Shown piece by piece: positions 1-12,960 of a stretch of DNA of 64,000 nt. The position numbers were made by a program, and so were the translations under genes. Every line of letters begins with the position of its first letter. Position 1 is the first letter of the stretch. This DNA is from Rhizodiscina lignyota (lineage: Eukaryota), in contig ML978123.1 in the NCBI GenBank assembly GCA_010015805.1, positions 2,604,001 to 2,668,000 on the forward strand, in the 5' to 3' direction. A model generated the notes under the pieces. That model was not told the DNA's origin. It made no database searches and saw nothing but the letters and a program-made list of their open reading frames with translations.

Positions 1-596
1 GACTCTCTAATCGAGCGCGGTGGTAGCTCCCATACGTGCTGAATCTGTAAGACCTCCATATCACGGTCTGACATGGTCATGATCGAGCTCTGGGGCTGAT
101 CCGGCTCATCGTCAATCGGCACTTCAGCGCCAATATATTCACTCCGTCCAAGGTAGCTCGCGCCAGTAGGAGAGAAGTTGTTCGTATTTCTCCGCGATAG
201 CGATGGCTCGATTGGGATTGGGGCCGCCGTTTCTGTGTCAGTGAACACAACAGACACGCCCTCCACACTTGGTGGATCCTTGATGCCATTTGAGTTCCCC
301 GCAGAGCCCATACTCCCATTCAGCGTCGCGATCCCAGGAAGACTTGTCATATGCCCTCCGCTATGACCATTCGCCGTAGCCATGCTAGCCCTCCGCGCGC
401 CATCACGAGGCGGGCTTGGTGAGAAAGCGCTATATCGCTTCCTCTTGCGCTCGCGGGGTATGCAATCGTCGTAGCCATCCTTGATGCAGTTCGAGCACCG
501 CTGCCCATTCACGGCGTCGAGATCGCATCGAATCTTCTTCTTGTGACAGATGACACACGCCTTAGAAGCACGCGGCCGGGATGCGTCGGCAGGCAT
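1..596 (-). CDS. Zn(II)2Cys6 fungal transcription factor, 5' part; gene runs off the left window edge
   Basis: Manual minus-strand translation from ATG at 596: MPADASRPRASKACVICHKKKIRCDLDAVNGQRCSNCIKDGYDDCIPRERKRKR. This is a six-Cys binuclear cluster followed by a basic NLS-like stretch. Absent from the ORF track. Confidence 0.9.
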   Translation of the reverse strand, partial: MPADASRPRASKACVICHKKKIRCDLDAVNGQRCSNCIKDGYDDCIPRERKRKRYSAFSPSPPRDGARRASMATANGHSGGHMTSLPGIATLNGSMGSAGNSNGIKDPPSVEGVSVVFTDTETAAPIPIEPSLSRRNTNNFSPTGASYLGRSEYIGAEVPIDDEPDQPQSSIMTMSDRDMEVLQIQHVWELPPRSIRE

Positions 597-1240
597 GGTA
601 CTTTTTGGTTTCCACTCCTTGAGTAAACAATCACGGCTCCTTCTGGCGCTCTGTGCTGTCCTTCGGCTGCTTACCGCCTTGCTGGGCCCTTCTCTGGTGC
701 TTGCCGGCACAGTACGGCAATGGGGGACTGTGCGAAAGATGGCGAAGGGGGCTGATCCGTACGATTGAGGCGACTCAACGCTCCTCCTGCCCCGATGTCT
801 GACAAGAAGCGCAATCTTTGAGGATGTCAGCAGTCTCCTGGCGTGCGAAAAGCAGCTCTTTTCGGAGGGTTGAGGCTGTTTTTCGTGCTTGACAGCAGTT
901 GGCCCAGGCTCGGTTTGCGGGGTTGGGCCGACCAGGGTTCCCCATCAGGAGCTAGATCACGAGCGGCTTAGTGGCTGAGATTGTTACCGGAGGGTATTCG
1001 TGTCCTTGGTGTGGCGCATGCGTGCATTTAATAACTGGAAAAGCCTCCATTTGAGCGTCGCTTCGTTCACCTTCTTTCATCAAGACGCATAGTGTAAGGT
1101 GTAGAGCTGGCATAGATAATCAATCCATATTGCGGTATATGCCCGCAATCCACTAAGAGCTTTTCTCCGCTCATGTTGAATGTTACCATTCCCATGATCC
1201 ACCCAGAGTGAAAGAAGGAGAAAACAGAAATATATACAGA

Positions 1241-3418
1241 TTAGAGTTTGGCCAAAACCTGCTGCGTGCCAGATCCACTTCCCATTACAATCTCCTCGTT
1301 CCGCCAGTCAGGGTTGAAGGTGATCTTGTTCAGGGGATTGTGCCGATGTACTCTGTCATACATGTCCTCATACACGCGCCCATCGTACCTGCCGAGAGAG
1401 CTCTCGAGGAGATAGTCGGGCATAGACCAGCTGTCTACCAACTTGATGGCATGTGGTCGGATCTTGTCAGTCATCAAGTGCAGGACCACATCTGGGATCC
1501 TATCCAGGGAAGCTGAAGTAACAGCGTTGGTGGCTGCAAAACTATGAGAGTCGGAATCGATGGTGTTGAGTGCGAAGAGTCGATATAGGTCGTGCATGAC
1601 AGTATTAGTTGGTGAAGAGAGTGGTGACTTCATCACTGCATCGTAAAAGTGTGAGATGAGGAAGGTTTGGGAGTATGCTGGACACATGTCAGTCACTGTT
1701 GAAGCCATTATTTCGATAGATGGGTTCCTCACCGTTGCTAAGCTTGTGGAGTTGGATCATCAGGTTATTCCACTTGCCCTTATTCACTATGCGAGCTTCG
1801 TATGCAAGATAGCTAAGGTGCGCTGCTCGCCACCGGAAAGCCTCAACGATTGCTTGGTCGTCCACCTGGCCAAATCGAACGATGTCGACGGGGACCTTGG
1901 AAGACCTCGACTTGAGATAGTGTTTGAAGAGGTCATCTGTCGAGTCCTTTGATGCCGCATTCGGATTCTTGACTACTGTTTCCATCTTCTTAATCAAGTA
2001 GCTTGCTACCTGCTGTGTGATCATCCAGTTGTCTCCCTCCACCGTCGGCTTCGAGAGGTAATCGTTGTTGAGAGGCAGGATTCCGCTGTATCCTCCAAAC
2101 CCGTGACCGCCCATTGACCTTCGACAGACTTCAATTCCGTCAGCCGCAAACGACGTGCACAAGCTCTTCAATCCGGACGAGGCGCTATGAAGCTCTGCAA
2201 GCTTGCTAAAATCTCCGCTTTCGATGCTCTTTCGCGTTCCCCAGTAAATGTTGTACATTGCTTCACCAGTGTAGTGCAGCGCGAACGTTGTTGCCAGTAA
2301 TGGCAGTAAACGAATCATGACGGTTGGGTAGTCCAAGACAGCAAGTTCCGGAACAGCAGCAGGATTTGGAGCATCCCTATCCTTGAATTGACGGCGCACT
2401 GCACCATATCTAATCGCTATTGTGCACGCTCTCGCGAGGATGAGTCGGGAGTGCATGATGATGTTGGCGCGGACATAAGTCAATGTGCCGTATACAACTG
2501 CGGGATGTCCACTTTTGGTGAGGACTCCCGTGTCCGGGTCGACTCTGTTGTATCGTGCCAGCATGGCGCTGTGCGGCACTCTGTAGTTGTCGAAGAGCAT
2601 ATATCCATTGTCCATGGAGGTGTAGCCATATTTCGGACCAATGTCACCAACAACAATGCCATCGAAGGGTTGATGTGTCTTCATATCGCGGATCTGGACA
2701 ATGAATGGATGTGGACCATGGTTAACATATGTAGTAGGGGACGACGCTTTAGGGAGCAGAAGTTGCGCTACAACAATTGCGTAGTTTGCGGTGCGGCCCA
2801 TCGATCCGTTCCACCATTTCGATGCTGTCAGTGTCGGACTGTGGATGATGAATTCCTTCGTCTTCGGATCCCACTTGGCCAGAGCCTCAACACCTCTGAC
2901 ATTACTTCCATGGCCGAGCTCGGTTTGCGCGTAACATCCTATGATCTCGTAATTATCGACTAGCGGCATCAATTTCGCTTTCTGCTCGTCACTGGCCTGC
3001 TCTCGGATGGTCTGTTGGAACATTGAGTTGTGCAGGTGATATGGTGACACTTCATCCACTAGGTATTCTGCCATCCTGAAATCGAGATCATCCCAGCCAT
3101 GTTTCAAGGTCAGCCTTCGGAGGGCCTTTGCTCTCGCAAGACCAACATGGTAGCGGTCCTGGATTGGGTCAATTGATAAACCTGAACAACATCGCCAGCA
3201 TATCTTACTGGTCTTGACAGATTCAGATTCTGCTTCTTTGAGAATAACGGCTCGCCCTCGAGAATCTTCGTCACCCTCTTTTGGCGTTCATAGAAGTCAT
3301 CGCGTGACAGAAGATGTTTTGCGAGCTCTTCTACATTGATCTTTGAGCGTGCTCGTTCGTCTACCAGAGTTTGTACACCATCGTAAAGAGGCTTCAGGTT
3401 GTCTGTGAAGTCTGGCAT
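1241..3418 (-). CDS. Peroxisomal acyl-CoA oxidase (POX/AoxA family), spliced
   Basis: ORFs 3110-3418, 1689-3107 and 1241-1732 join across short introns. ACOX motifs GCYAQTELGHGSNV, KWWNG, CRRSMGGHGF and TVEGDN are present. The C-terminus is PTS1 -AKL. Confidence 0.93.
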
Positions 3419-3502
3419 CGCGAGTCCGATCTATCGTTTCTAGAGTCTTTGTAATGATCAATGAAGCTGCGAAACTCATTGTATGTATATTCTTTTCCTT
3501 CG

Positions 3503-3508
3503 CCGAGG
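3503..3508 (-). promoter_or_regulatory. CCTCGG (FarA/FarB-type fatty-acid response) motif upstream of the acyl-CoA oxidase
   Basis: CCGAGG on the + strand, about 85 bp upstream of the ACOX start. CCTCGG is the known Aspergillus FarA/FarB site. A 6-mer can also occur by chance. Confidence 0.45.
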
Positions 3509-4601
3509 CTTGTATGCACTCCAGGGTCCACAGTACGGAGCCGTTGATGCCGCGCAGTCCCCACATCCCCGGGGCAGCTCGGCAAATTGCCAAATAGGGC
3601 ATCACGGCGAAGTTTATTAGTGGTCTGACGGTTGCCTGACGAGAATTTTGAGGTTGTTCAACCCCAATTGCTGTGTATGGGCCTAGTTAGAGGTGATTCT
3701 GTGTAAGATGAAGGTCGGAGATGCCGATTGTGAGATCTTTGAGCGAGGAACGGTTGTGGCGCTCGGGAAAAGGGGAAACTGCAGCGATTGATGCAACGTT
3801 TGAACTTCTTCAACTTCACTTTAACTACATCACATTGCAATCCTGTGCAGCGACTTCATGTCTATTCGTTCTATTCTAGCGGGGACAAGCTCAGATACGA
3901 ACAGACAATCCAACAAAGCGTGATCGGCTCTGCAACTCGCCCTTCTCATCACGCCTCGCTCGCTATTCCCCAAAAGTTTCAGATCAGAAATACGGCGACT
4001 TCTGTACAGAGATGCAAGCCCCGGCGCATCATGTGAGCTCTCATAAATTGAAAGATAGACGATGCTGCCCGCCGTTCCATTGTGCTGGATATCGCGCAAT
4101 TTCACAACTCGGCCGAATCACTATTCAAGATAGCACAACTTGCCAGAGTCTAGATACCACAGGATGACAGCCGTAGGAGTTCGATCTAGCGAGAATTACC
4201 GCAAGGCATTTTCCGGTTCATTGCAAGTCGCTGTCTTTTCCGTTTTGCTATCAAGAGCATGCCAGTGACCATGGAGCGGCGATTTTCTCTGGATGGATTG
4301 TTGATCTGGAAATCTCGCAAATTAATCTAGCTCCCGGAGCTGACGATGTCAGAGCTTCCAGAAGCCATACAGCGGAATAAGCTCTTTCTACTCGAAGAAA
4401 GCCAATCGCCGCGAAGTGCCGAATATGTCCGTGTTGGCATTTCGGTCCACGGTTATCGAGATTGGCGGGGAACGTGGGGACAAGCATGTGTAACGGCAGA
4501 TCGGCTTGAGGCTCAATAATTATTTCGTGACCGGTACTAGAGAGCGTTGCCGTGAAGCCAAGTACATGTCGTAGGCTAACAAGTTCTATCACCTGAGAAA
4601 C

Positions 4602-6549
4602 ATGCCTTCGAGCGCCGCAGAAGCAATGGCACCGGATGCCGACCGAACCTTCTTTGTCCCACGCCACTCAGGAAGAAATATTCTGCCCTGTAGCGTAAGC
4701 TATTGCTCCCGAGCGACTTCGGAAGTATACTGACGTGCTGTACGGAGTAGCCACTGTTCAATCGCTTGTTGAGACACGCTGGCCGGAGACCGAATGCGTG
4801 TGCTATTCGAGATGATCGCGCCGGCTATGAAAAGACATACCTTCAACTACTCTCCGACGTCCTCTCTATTCGTGAAGAATTACGGCAGACCCTAGGTCCG
4901 GAGATTGTGCGGGCTCTCGACAATGATGAGGAAGTATACATCGCAGTTCTCGCCGCTGGCAGCTACGAGTTCACCGTCGCGATGCTGGGTGCAATGGCGC
5001 TTGGAGCGGCAGTTGTCCCTTTGACTGTGGTATTACCTGTTGAGGAAGCGGCATATTTCATTCGAAAATCAGAGGCGGCCGCAGTCCTAGTACAGTCGTC
5101 AGTTCTGAAGCTTGGAACTGCGTTGCAAGAGTTGATGGTATCCACAACCGATCCTTCATTCCGCTCGATACCCATCCAGAATAGCATCGATGCTTGTCCG
5201 CTGCAGATTTCCGATATCCTCATTTCCACAAATCCATACCTCTCGGAGAACGCTCCGGGGGTTGTCATATTCACATCAGGTACTACTGGACCACCAAAAG
5301 GTTCTGTCATGCGAAGAGCATTTGTATCCGACAATGCACAGGCGACAGCCGACCACTACCACATCACGGAAGAGGATGTGATCTTACATATCCTGCCGGT
5401 ACACCACGCGACGGGCATGGGCATCATGTTCTTCCCATTCTTAATCTCCGGTGCCTGCATAGAGTTCCGAGCTGGTGGATTCGACGAAGTATGGATGTGG
5501 GACAGATGGCGAGAAGGCGTCCGCAATCCTGCTAAGCGCATTACATTCTTTTCTGGAGTACCAACTATCTTCATGAGGATGAGAAGGCACTATCAGAGAT
5601 ACCTTAGCAAGCTACCACCGGCAGAGCTCTCAGAGTATATCGCTGCCGCAAGGCAGTTCCGCGCAGTTTTGTGCGGCACTTCGGCGCTCCCACAGCCCAT
5701 CAGTCAATTCTGGACCAGTCTCATGAAGGAGAGGATAGTTCAGCGCTACGGTGCGACGGAGTTCGGTGCTGTCTTCAAGGTTCATCTTGGAGACAAGGAC
5801 GTGCCTGAGGGCTCAGTGGGAGAGCTTACTCCTGGCCTGGACCTGAAGCTGTCAGAAGGAGACGAAGGAGAGGTGCTGGTAAAGAGTCCAGTAAGCCTCT
5901 GCATTATCTACAGGGGAGAGTATGCATGCTGACTTGAGCAGTATATGTTCTCAAAATACCTGAGAGATCCAGCAGCAACAGCGAAAGCGCATGACGCTAG
6001 TGGCTATTACAAGACCGGAGACAGTAAGTGCCACGTTCCGCTCTGTTATAACTCTTCTAACGCCCGACAGTTGCTCGAAAAGAAGGCAAATACTATTTCA
6101 TCATGGGCCGTGCATCATTAGATATCATAAAGAGCGGCGGATATAAGATCTCCGCGTTGGACATTGAGCGCGAAATCCTCGGCCTACCTTATGTATCTGA
6201 AGTCATGGTGGTCGGCGTACCGGATGAGGAGTTCGGACAACGCGTTGCCGCCCTCATCGGGCTCCAAGAAGAGCAGATCACGGATGAATTTCTCAGCACA
6301 CATGGCTCCAACGAGCATGTCTTGACAATTAACGACTTAAGGCGGGATCTGCGCTCTCGTCTGGCTGGCTACAAGCTGCCAACGCTTCTGAGGGTCGTAG
6401 AAGGCGAATTGCCAAAGACCGCGACCGGAAAGGTTATGAAGAAGATTTTGGGGCCGAAATTCTTCCCAGAGGATTATGACGATGTTAAAGAAGTTCAGGT
6501 GTGGAGAGCACCAAGCAAGGTGGAGAAGGTGATTGCGGCGAAGCTGTAG
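4602..6549 (+). CDS. AMP-binding acyl-CoA synthetase/ligase (malonyl-CoA synthetase-like), peroxisomal, spliced
   Basis: Probable ATG at 4602. Motifs IFTSGTTGPPKG, RYGATE, YYKTGD, IIKSGGYKIS and LPKTATGK are present. Ends in -AKL (PTS1). Confidence 0.9.
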
Positions 6550-7047
6550 AAAGGGACGCTTCAGCATTAGAAATACCAACATACCCATTCATGAAACTAC
6601 ATTCACAATTGGAAACTCTGCTTGGACTCCTTATTTCTTTCAGCAGCTCTGTGCATGTTAGAGAAAAATGTCCATTCTTTCAAGTTATATGACATGATCA
6701 TGACAGTTGCTTTTCGGTAGTGGCTGCACTACTAGTAATTTTCAATCTCAAGATGCACACTTTTTTTGGTACGACAGCGAAACCATCACACCCCTGTTAA
6801 AATTCGAGGACCTACTTAGTTAACACATCAGGCATTCGGAGGAGGATAACAGAGGGCTACTGAAATGCAGTGTCGAATCGCATATTCCGTTAATGACTTC
6901 TGGCGAAGCCGCGAGACCGCAAGACGATAACATGTGCGCACCGTGCAAATATATCAAACCCAAGATCATGGAGCAAAATATATCGCTCTGCTGGATTATC
7001 ATTGTTATTTGAGTTGCCGGAGGAAGATGTCTGTAAACAAACAAAGA

Positions 7048-8983
7048 CTAGTTGGTCCTCGTTTTCTGAATCCAGTCAACGGCCTCTAGCAGATACGGGA
7101 CCTGAGTACTGTCAGCTCCAAGCAGAACTTCGGGTTGGCGGCGTGTCTCACAAATTTTTGCGGATTCTCAGTTGCAGGGAAGTGGCCAAGGTCTTTCATT
7201 GCCTTGAAATTCGCCCCTTTGATCTTATCTGCGGTCGCCTTGCTCATCGCGGGAGTTGTGCTCCAATCTGAGTTGCAGTAGTTAGTATTGCATTAGCCAG
7301 TGAGAGAAGCCATGTGATAGAATCACCGTATTCGCCAGTTAGGAAGAATCTGAATTTTATTCACATATTAGCATCCGCTTCTGGCACGACAACGGAATTT
7401 GTTGTGACATACATTGGACATTTCTTCACATCAATACTCGCTACTCGGTCGCGCGCATCCTACAACATGTTAGCAATGTCCGACAATCGACTAGTCGGAA
7501 CAATTCACGTACAAATCCTCCGAAGTAAAAGTCGAGCTGTTTACGGTGCAATAATGTTAGCATATCTGTTCAAACAGGGCGCACCTGGTCACGAACATCA
7601 CCATGGAAGATCCTGAAAACACGTCAGCTAGTCAATAAAGCATACTATCCTAATATAGCATACCCATAAGCTTGACCACTATACATGTGCCAAACCAATT
7701 GCCTGTTCACATAAGGGCTCTGAGGCGCCATCATGCCGTATATCCAATCTGGGTTGAAAAGCGACTGGTTCACCACCGGCGACTTGTCGTTGAATTGGCG
7801 ATCCATTGTCAAGTAATCGCAGCCCTGAAGCGGGATTGTGCCGCCGGCTCCAACCTCATCGGCGCGAATTGCAACCGCGACGCAGACCTATCAAACCTTT
7901 GAGCTCCGTATAGTGTTTGGTTATAACATCTTTAGGCATACCTGTCCTGCCATGGAAGCGCCACAGATGATTGGTTTGTCAAGCTTGAGCGCCTTAACCA
8001 TCTCCCTGATAGTGCCGACATATGCATCTTCGTTGTTCGTATGGTTACCTGGGAGGTAGTTGCTTCCAGGGAATGATCGGCCATGTCCAGGTAAATCTGT
8101 AATATTCAGTTTGATGTAAGCTCCAGTTCAGATGCTTGAACTCCTACCGAAAGCAATCATCGTGCACTTCTGCATCATCTCCGGGTTATTCTAGCTGTAT
8201 TAGTCTCCCGTCACGATCGATTCGGATGACTGTCCACTCACCATAACACCATGATACTGCCTGCTGTCGCTACCTGCAGTGTGCAAGAAGACGATCTGCT
8301 GAGGCCCATTGCCGCTCATTTCGTAGAAGACCTTCGTGCGGCCCCAGACTGGCGCATTGATATATATGTATTTTCCAGTGATGTGGTCCTCATTCATTTC
8401 AGGTTGTTCGTATTGTTTGATCTACAACACACAAAACGTAAGAGTGGCTTGGATCTCGATGCCAACTGCGAGGTAACTCACCGGCCCGTGCTCTCCTTCG
8501 CGGAGAAGCTCCAGGAGACGCGTTGCGAGATGTCCGTACTGAGCAAACTTAGTCTGGTTCCCGCTGATGCCTAACCGAATGTCAATATATTTCCTAGATG
8601 TCTTGCTCTACCCCAAACTCACCGACGCCCTCTTGCTTGATATTCATGCCCTGCAGACCAACGAAGCTCGTATACGGTGCTTTCGGGTTCGCTTCGAAGA
8701 ATTTCTCCCATTGCTCAGGTTTGGCGCTCAGAACGAAATCTGCTTTATCTGGGGATCCGGTGGATGCTGAAGTCTTGCCATGCGGAGCTACCGACACGAG
8801 CACCGCATCATTTCCGCCAGCTGACTGCACTCCCATCGTTACCGGTTCTACGATCGCATCAGTTTTTATGTAAGCTTGCCATTGAGCGTCGTTATCGAGA
8901 ATTTTCTGCAGGGAATTGACCGACTTGGACATCGCCTTGGGGAGGCTCGTCCAGGTGGACGCGGCACCATTAGCAGACGGCAT
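7048..8983 (-). CDS. Alpha/beta-fold hydrolase, multi-exon
   Basis: Exons carry FLHTAGSDSRQY, DLPGHGRS, the nucleophile elbow GASMAG (~7945-7960) and LGHFPATENP. Last exon reads VPYLLEAVDWIQKTRTN* with TAG at 7048-7050. Confidence 0.85.
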
Positions 8984-9772
8984 TGTTCACTGATTTGATG
9001 AGAGTTGACAGTGAAATATTTGGAGACTTGGCAAGGAAACTATAAGAATATAAAAAAAGATTGGGTATCAGGAGACCTCGATATTATTATCTGAACTGTC
9101 TATGAAGCGGTCCGCTCCCCTCCGCAGCAAACTTCATCATGATTGCCGGGATCAACTTCTCGGGAACCGAGTGAAAGGAACAAATCTGGACAATCATCTC
9201 TCCCGTGGAAATTGTCCTGTTCGTAAGCCGAAAATTGAAGCTCCTGACCCCGCAAATAGCTCTGGTTGGCCATGCATGGTGACGCCGTCGCTGACTTCAG
9301 GGAGAGGAGGGGAAACGGGATCTGGACGGATGGAAGGAGGGCTAGCTTGTGATTGATAGGTTGTCGTTACTCAAGCTATGAGATGGTTGGCTCTTCTTGC
9401 CTGCGGGAGGTGTTCCAGACCTCAGTGGATACCATGGAATTACCTAGGTACAAAAGTAGTCCTAAAAGCCAAGCAGCAGCCATACATACCGAAGCGGCGA
9501 TGCACGGTTCACCGTCCTAAGAAACCCCTAACCCTAGAGCTAAATAACCTATCAGGAGAGGTGCATCATTAACGTTCGTTCAATTGTGGGGCTATTTCAG
9601 GCCATAGCTACATTTGCAGGTGTTAAGTTATGTTCAGTAACCAATCCTCGAGGGTGAGCATTTCATCTGCTCAGAAAAGTGCCGCCTTTGACACCAGCCC
9701 GCTCATAATGATCCATAACCATAGCAAAGTTGAAGTAAACCCATCAACTCCTTGTCGTTGTAAAGCAACTGA

Positions 9773-9796
9773 CATCATCATCATCATCATCATCAT
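9773..9796. repeat. (CAT)8 microsatellite immediately 3' of the FEN1 stop codon
   Basis: Eight perfect CAT units read directly. Confidence 0.9.
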
Positions 9797-9799
9797 TGC

Positions 9800-11196
9800 T
9801 CAACCAGTACCTCTCGGCTTCGCCTTAGCTTCCTTCTTGTCCTTGGCTGCCTGCTTCTGCTGTTTCTTCTTTGTAGCCAACTGCTCTTCAGCCTTTCGCT
9901 TCAGATTCGCCTTTTCTTCCTCAGTCTTCTCCTTTGGCTTGAAGAAACTCTCCATACGACTTTGCTGCTGCGCCTTCAGGTTCTTCTGCAACCTGGCAGC
10001 GCCACTTCTAACTCGGTCTTCGTTGAAGCCCTTGTCCTCGACCAAGTATTTGACAAGACTCTCAACATCAGGGGCTTCCCATTTGAAGTCACATTCTGGG
10101 TCGTCGGCTGCTCTCACGTCGGGCTCGAGGAAAAGCAGTCGTGCATCGGCGTACGGCCAGTCTGATATCGCCCGGAGCACGTTAGCTGGGCTAGACACTT
10201 TAGAATATGCATGACTATATACTCACCTGAAGGTATGGTGTACTTAGAAGAGGACTCCATGAACTTGACAACGCCCTCTAGGTTCTTGTAGTCGCGGATG
10301 AGCTTCAGAGCAGTAGACGGGCCAATGCCTTTGATAGGATCGACGTAGTCGCAGCCAAGGAGAATACAGAGGTCGATGAACTGCTCAAGCTCCATCTCAA
10401 GGCCCTCAAGGACCTTGTCAAGGAATATCTCCTGGATCGGTTCCTTACGTTGTTCGCTGAACGTGAGATGACGGAGGAGAACGGGAGAGTTGAAGGTCAG
10501 AGTATCCATGTCTTCACTGGCTGCAGCATAAACCTTTCCTGCCCTTGCAAGCGCTGCACACTGAGCTTCTGCTTCCGTTGGTGCGATGATGTATGGTATG
10601 CCCATGAGTTTCAATAGCTTCTGGCACTCGGCATTGTGTTCCCTCGTAACTCTGACTGTTCGCCTCGAGAACTTCTCCACCTCTTCCGCGGTACCTGTCT
10701 CTTTAGCCTCCTCTTGTTGCTCAAGCGCCTCGGATTTGCGCTGGAAGCGTTTCGCCAGTTCACCAGACTTGAGCTTAGGAGGGGCACCATCGAAGACGAA
10801 GAGGGGTTTGATGCCGTTATCAACCATACGTAGTGTGCGGTAGAACATGCCCATGAGATGTGAGGTAGTCTCGCCCGTTTCGGACATGAGTTGCTGGCCA
10901 TCGGATCGGACTGCGATGAGGAACGAGTAAATGCTCATGGAACTTTCAAATGTTAGAGGAGGTTCGGCGATATGAAACGCAGCTAATCTTACGCGTCCTA
11001 TATTATGTCAGTATCAACTTAAAAACAATAGGCAGTTAAATATACAATTGCAACCTTCCGGCCGAACTGATTCTTGATCTCGCCCTCCTTGATCGCATCG
11101 GTGGGACAGTTCTCTTTGATCAGCTGGTACAAGTCTGAGTAGTATTAGGTATTTTCCGCGCGGTTTTACAGTCGATCACTTACGTTTGATACCCAT
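9800..11196 (-). CDS. FEN1: Flap endonuclease 1 (Rad27/FEN1), spliced
   Basis: Start MGIK at 11196. Motifs [28 protein letters not shown] and LLGCDY..IKGIGP, plus a C-terminal PIP box QSRMESFF. Confidence 0.97.
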
Positions 11197-11499
11197 TTTG
11201 CCTGCCTACTGTCCACCGACTGTGTTTCTTGGGTTTTGCGAAGATCAATGGGAAAGTTAGATATCGAAATGTCGCGCGGCGGTGGTGACGTTAATTAAGT
11301 CGCGTCAGGCACGCGCCACACGTGCTCACGCTATCCTACATGTAGTCAAGGCTCCCGGCGAACCCCAACATAGTTGGTGACAATACTTCAATTTGACATC
11401 AAGGACACTTTCTTGGGACAGTGTTTTATATGTCTGATTCACTACACAATCCATCCTAACACTCTATCTATGTCATTCACATATCATCTCAGTCCGCCG

Positions 11500-12960
11500 C
11501 TAGAAGCTGACCCGAAAATACCCAGCCCAGTAGCTGAACAAGCGCGAAATATGAACCGGCCTCTGCAATGACGTCCTTGAAACACTGTGAGCGCAATTAT
11601 CTATGGGCCCAGCAGCTCGGATACTCACCGGCCACTCCATGCTCATCTTCTGGATCTGCACTGTTCTTTCGGATCGTGGTACCTGAATGATGAGGCTTGT
11701 ATGGCACAGTCCCACATACTCGCCTGTGGTATTGGTAACATCACACAGCAGATTGAGATTCGAAACTGCTGAGAGAAGAACATCTGGCATTGTGAGCCGC
11801 TGGAAACTAGTATTACAGAACGACCTACCATAGAAGTAATACCCACTGCCATTCCGCTGTTGGTACCAAGTCAGATCAATGTCTATGTTCATCGGGCCAT
11901 TTGCATTGAACATATTGACAAGCCCGTAACCTTCGTAGTACGCTTCATCAAAGGAGAACTTGGGATCGTAAACCATCAACCAGAGGACAGGCTCAGGCAG
12001 CGCAGAACCATTTGGATGAGTTGTGTTGACTGGGATTTGATCAGCTTCGAAGTAAGTGCTTGACAGCGTATACTGACATGTGAAGTAAGCCTGCAAGGTT
12101 AGGTAATTGTTCGCACCAGGCGAAACGATGTATTCCTGGGGCTGGAACGATATGTACCTGTGGCTGAGCGTTCCATTGGGTCCATCATGTAATTCTTGAA
12201 CTCCGGGTACCCAGTTGTCGCTGCAGTTGCAACCATTCGCTTTAATCGAGGCGTCCAAGTGCTGTGCGGTGTAGTCGCTGCAGTGCGGGCCTTCAGGGTC
12301 ATACTGATTGATAAAGCAATTCCGAGGAGCAGAGACGAGATTTGCCTGATTCGTGGCGTTCATGTCTTGCAGTAATGCAAATGCAGGATAAGGAGGGTGT
12401 AGCTGTAGAGAAACTTAAGAAGTGATATCGATCTAGCCGGCAAGACCACTTACCATTGGCTCGCGCCGCGTCTCAATCACTTCGAGAGTAAGCTGCTGAT
12501 GCCACCGCTTCTCGTACATCGTCGTGAACAAGATAAAAGAGAAGAGCACAACGAATACTGTATTTGCTAGATTGCGCTTGTACTCTGCGTTTCCTGTAAT
12601 AGTTGGCATTAGCCTGCGTGAAGGTAAGTACGACGAATGCCACTTACTGCTCCGGATTACATCGTACATCCACTTTCCTGCTATGCCGGCGAAGTAGACT
12701 GCAGCGAGAGATGCAATAACAATCAAGAAGCTTTTGGAGGGAAACACGATTGCTAGAGCTCCGAGGAGGAGATAAGTCGCGAAACATATTAGTGCCCATA
12801 CAACCGTGCTCTTCCTTGGTTTAATATCCGCATCCGATTTAATTGAATCCTCCAGAAAATGATATACGTCGTGAGACGAAGTAGATACATATCGGGAAAT
12901 GAGAAAAATCTTTTGGGCGGCCCACGAGCCAATATACTGAGAAAGCGTGAAGGACGGCAT
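11500..12960 (-). CDS. Uncharacterised multi-pass membrane protein, probably spliced; boundaries approximate
   Basis: Collinear ORFs 12433-12960 (hydrophobic TM-like segments) and 11500-12363 (Cys/Asn-rich, extracellular-like, several N-glycosylation sequons). No family recognised. Confidence 0.45.
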
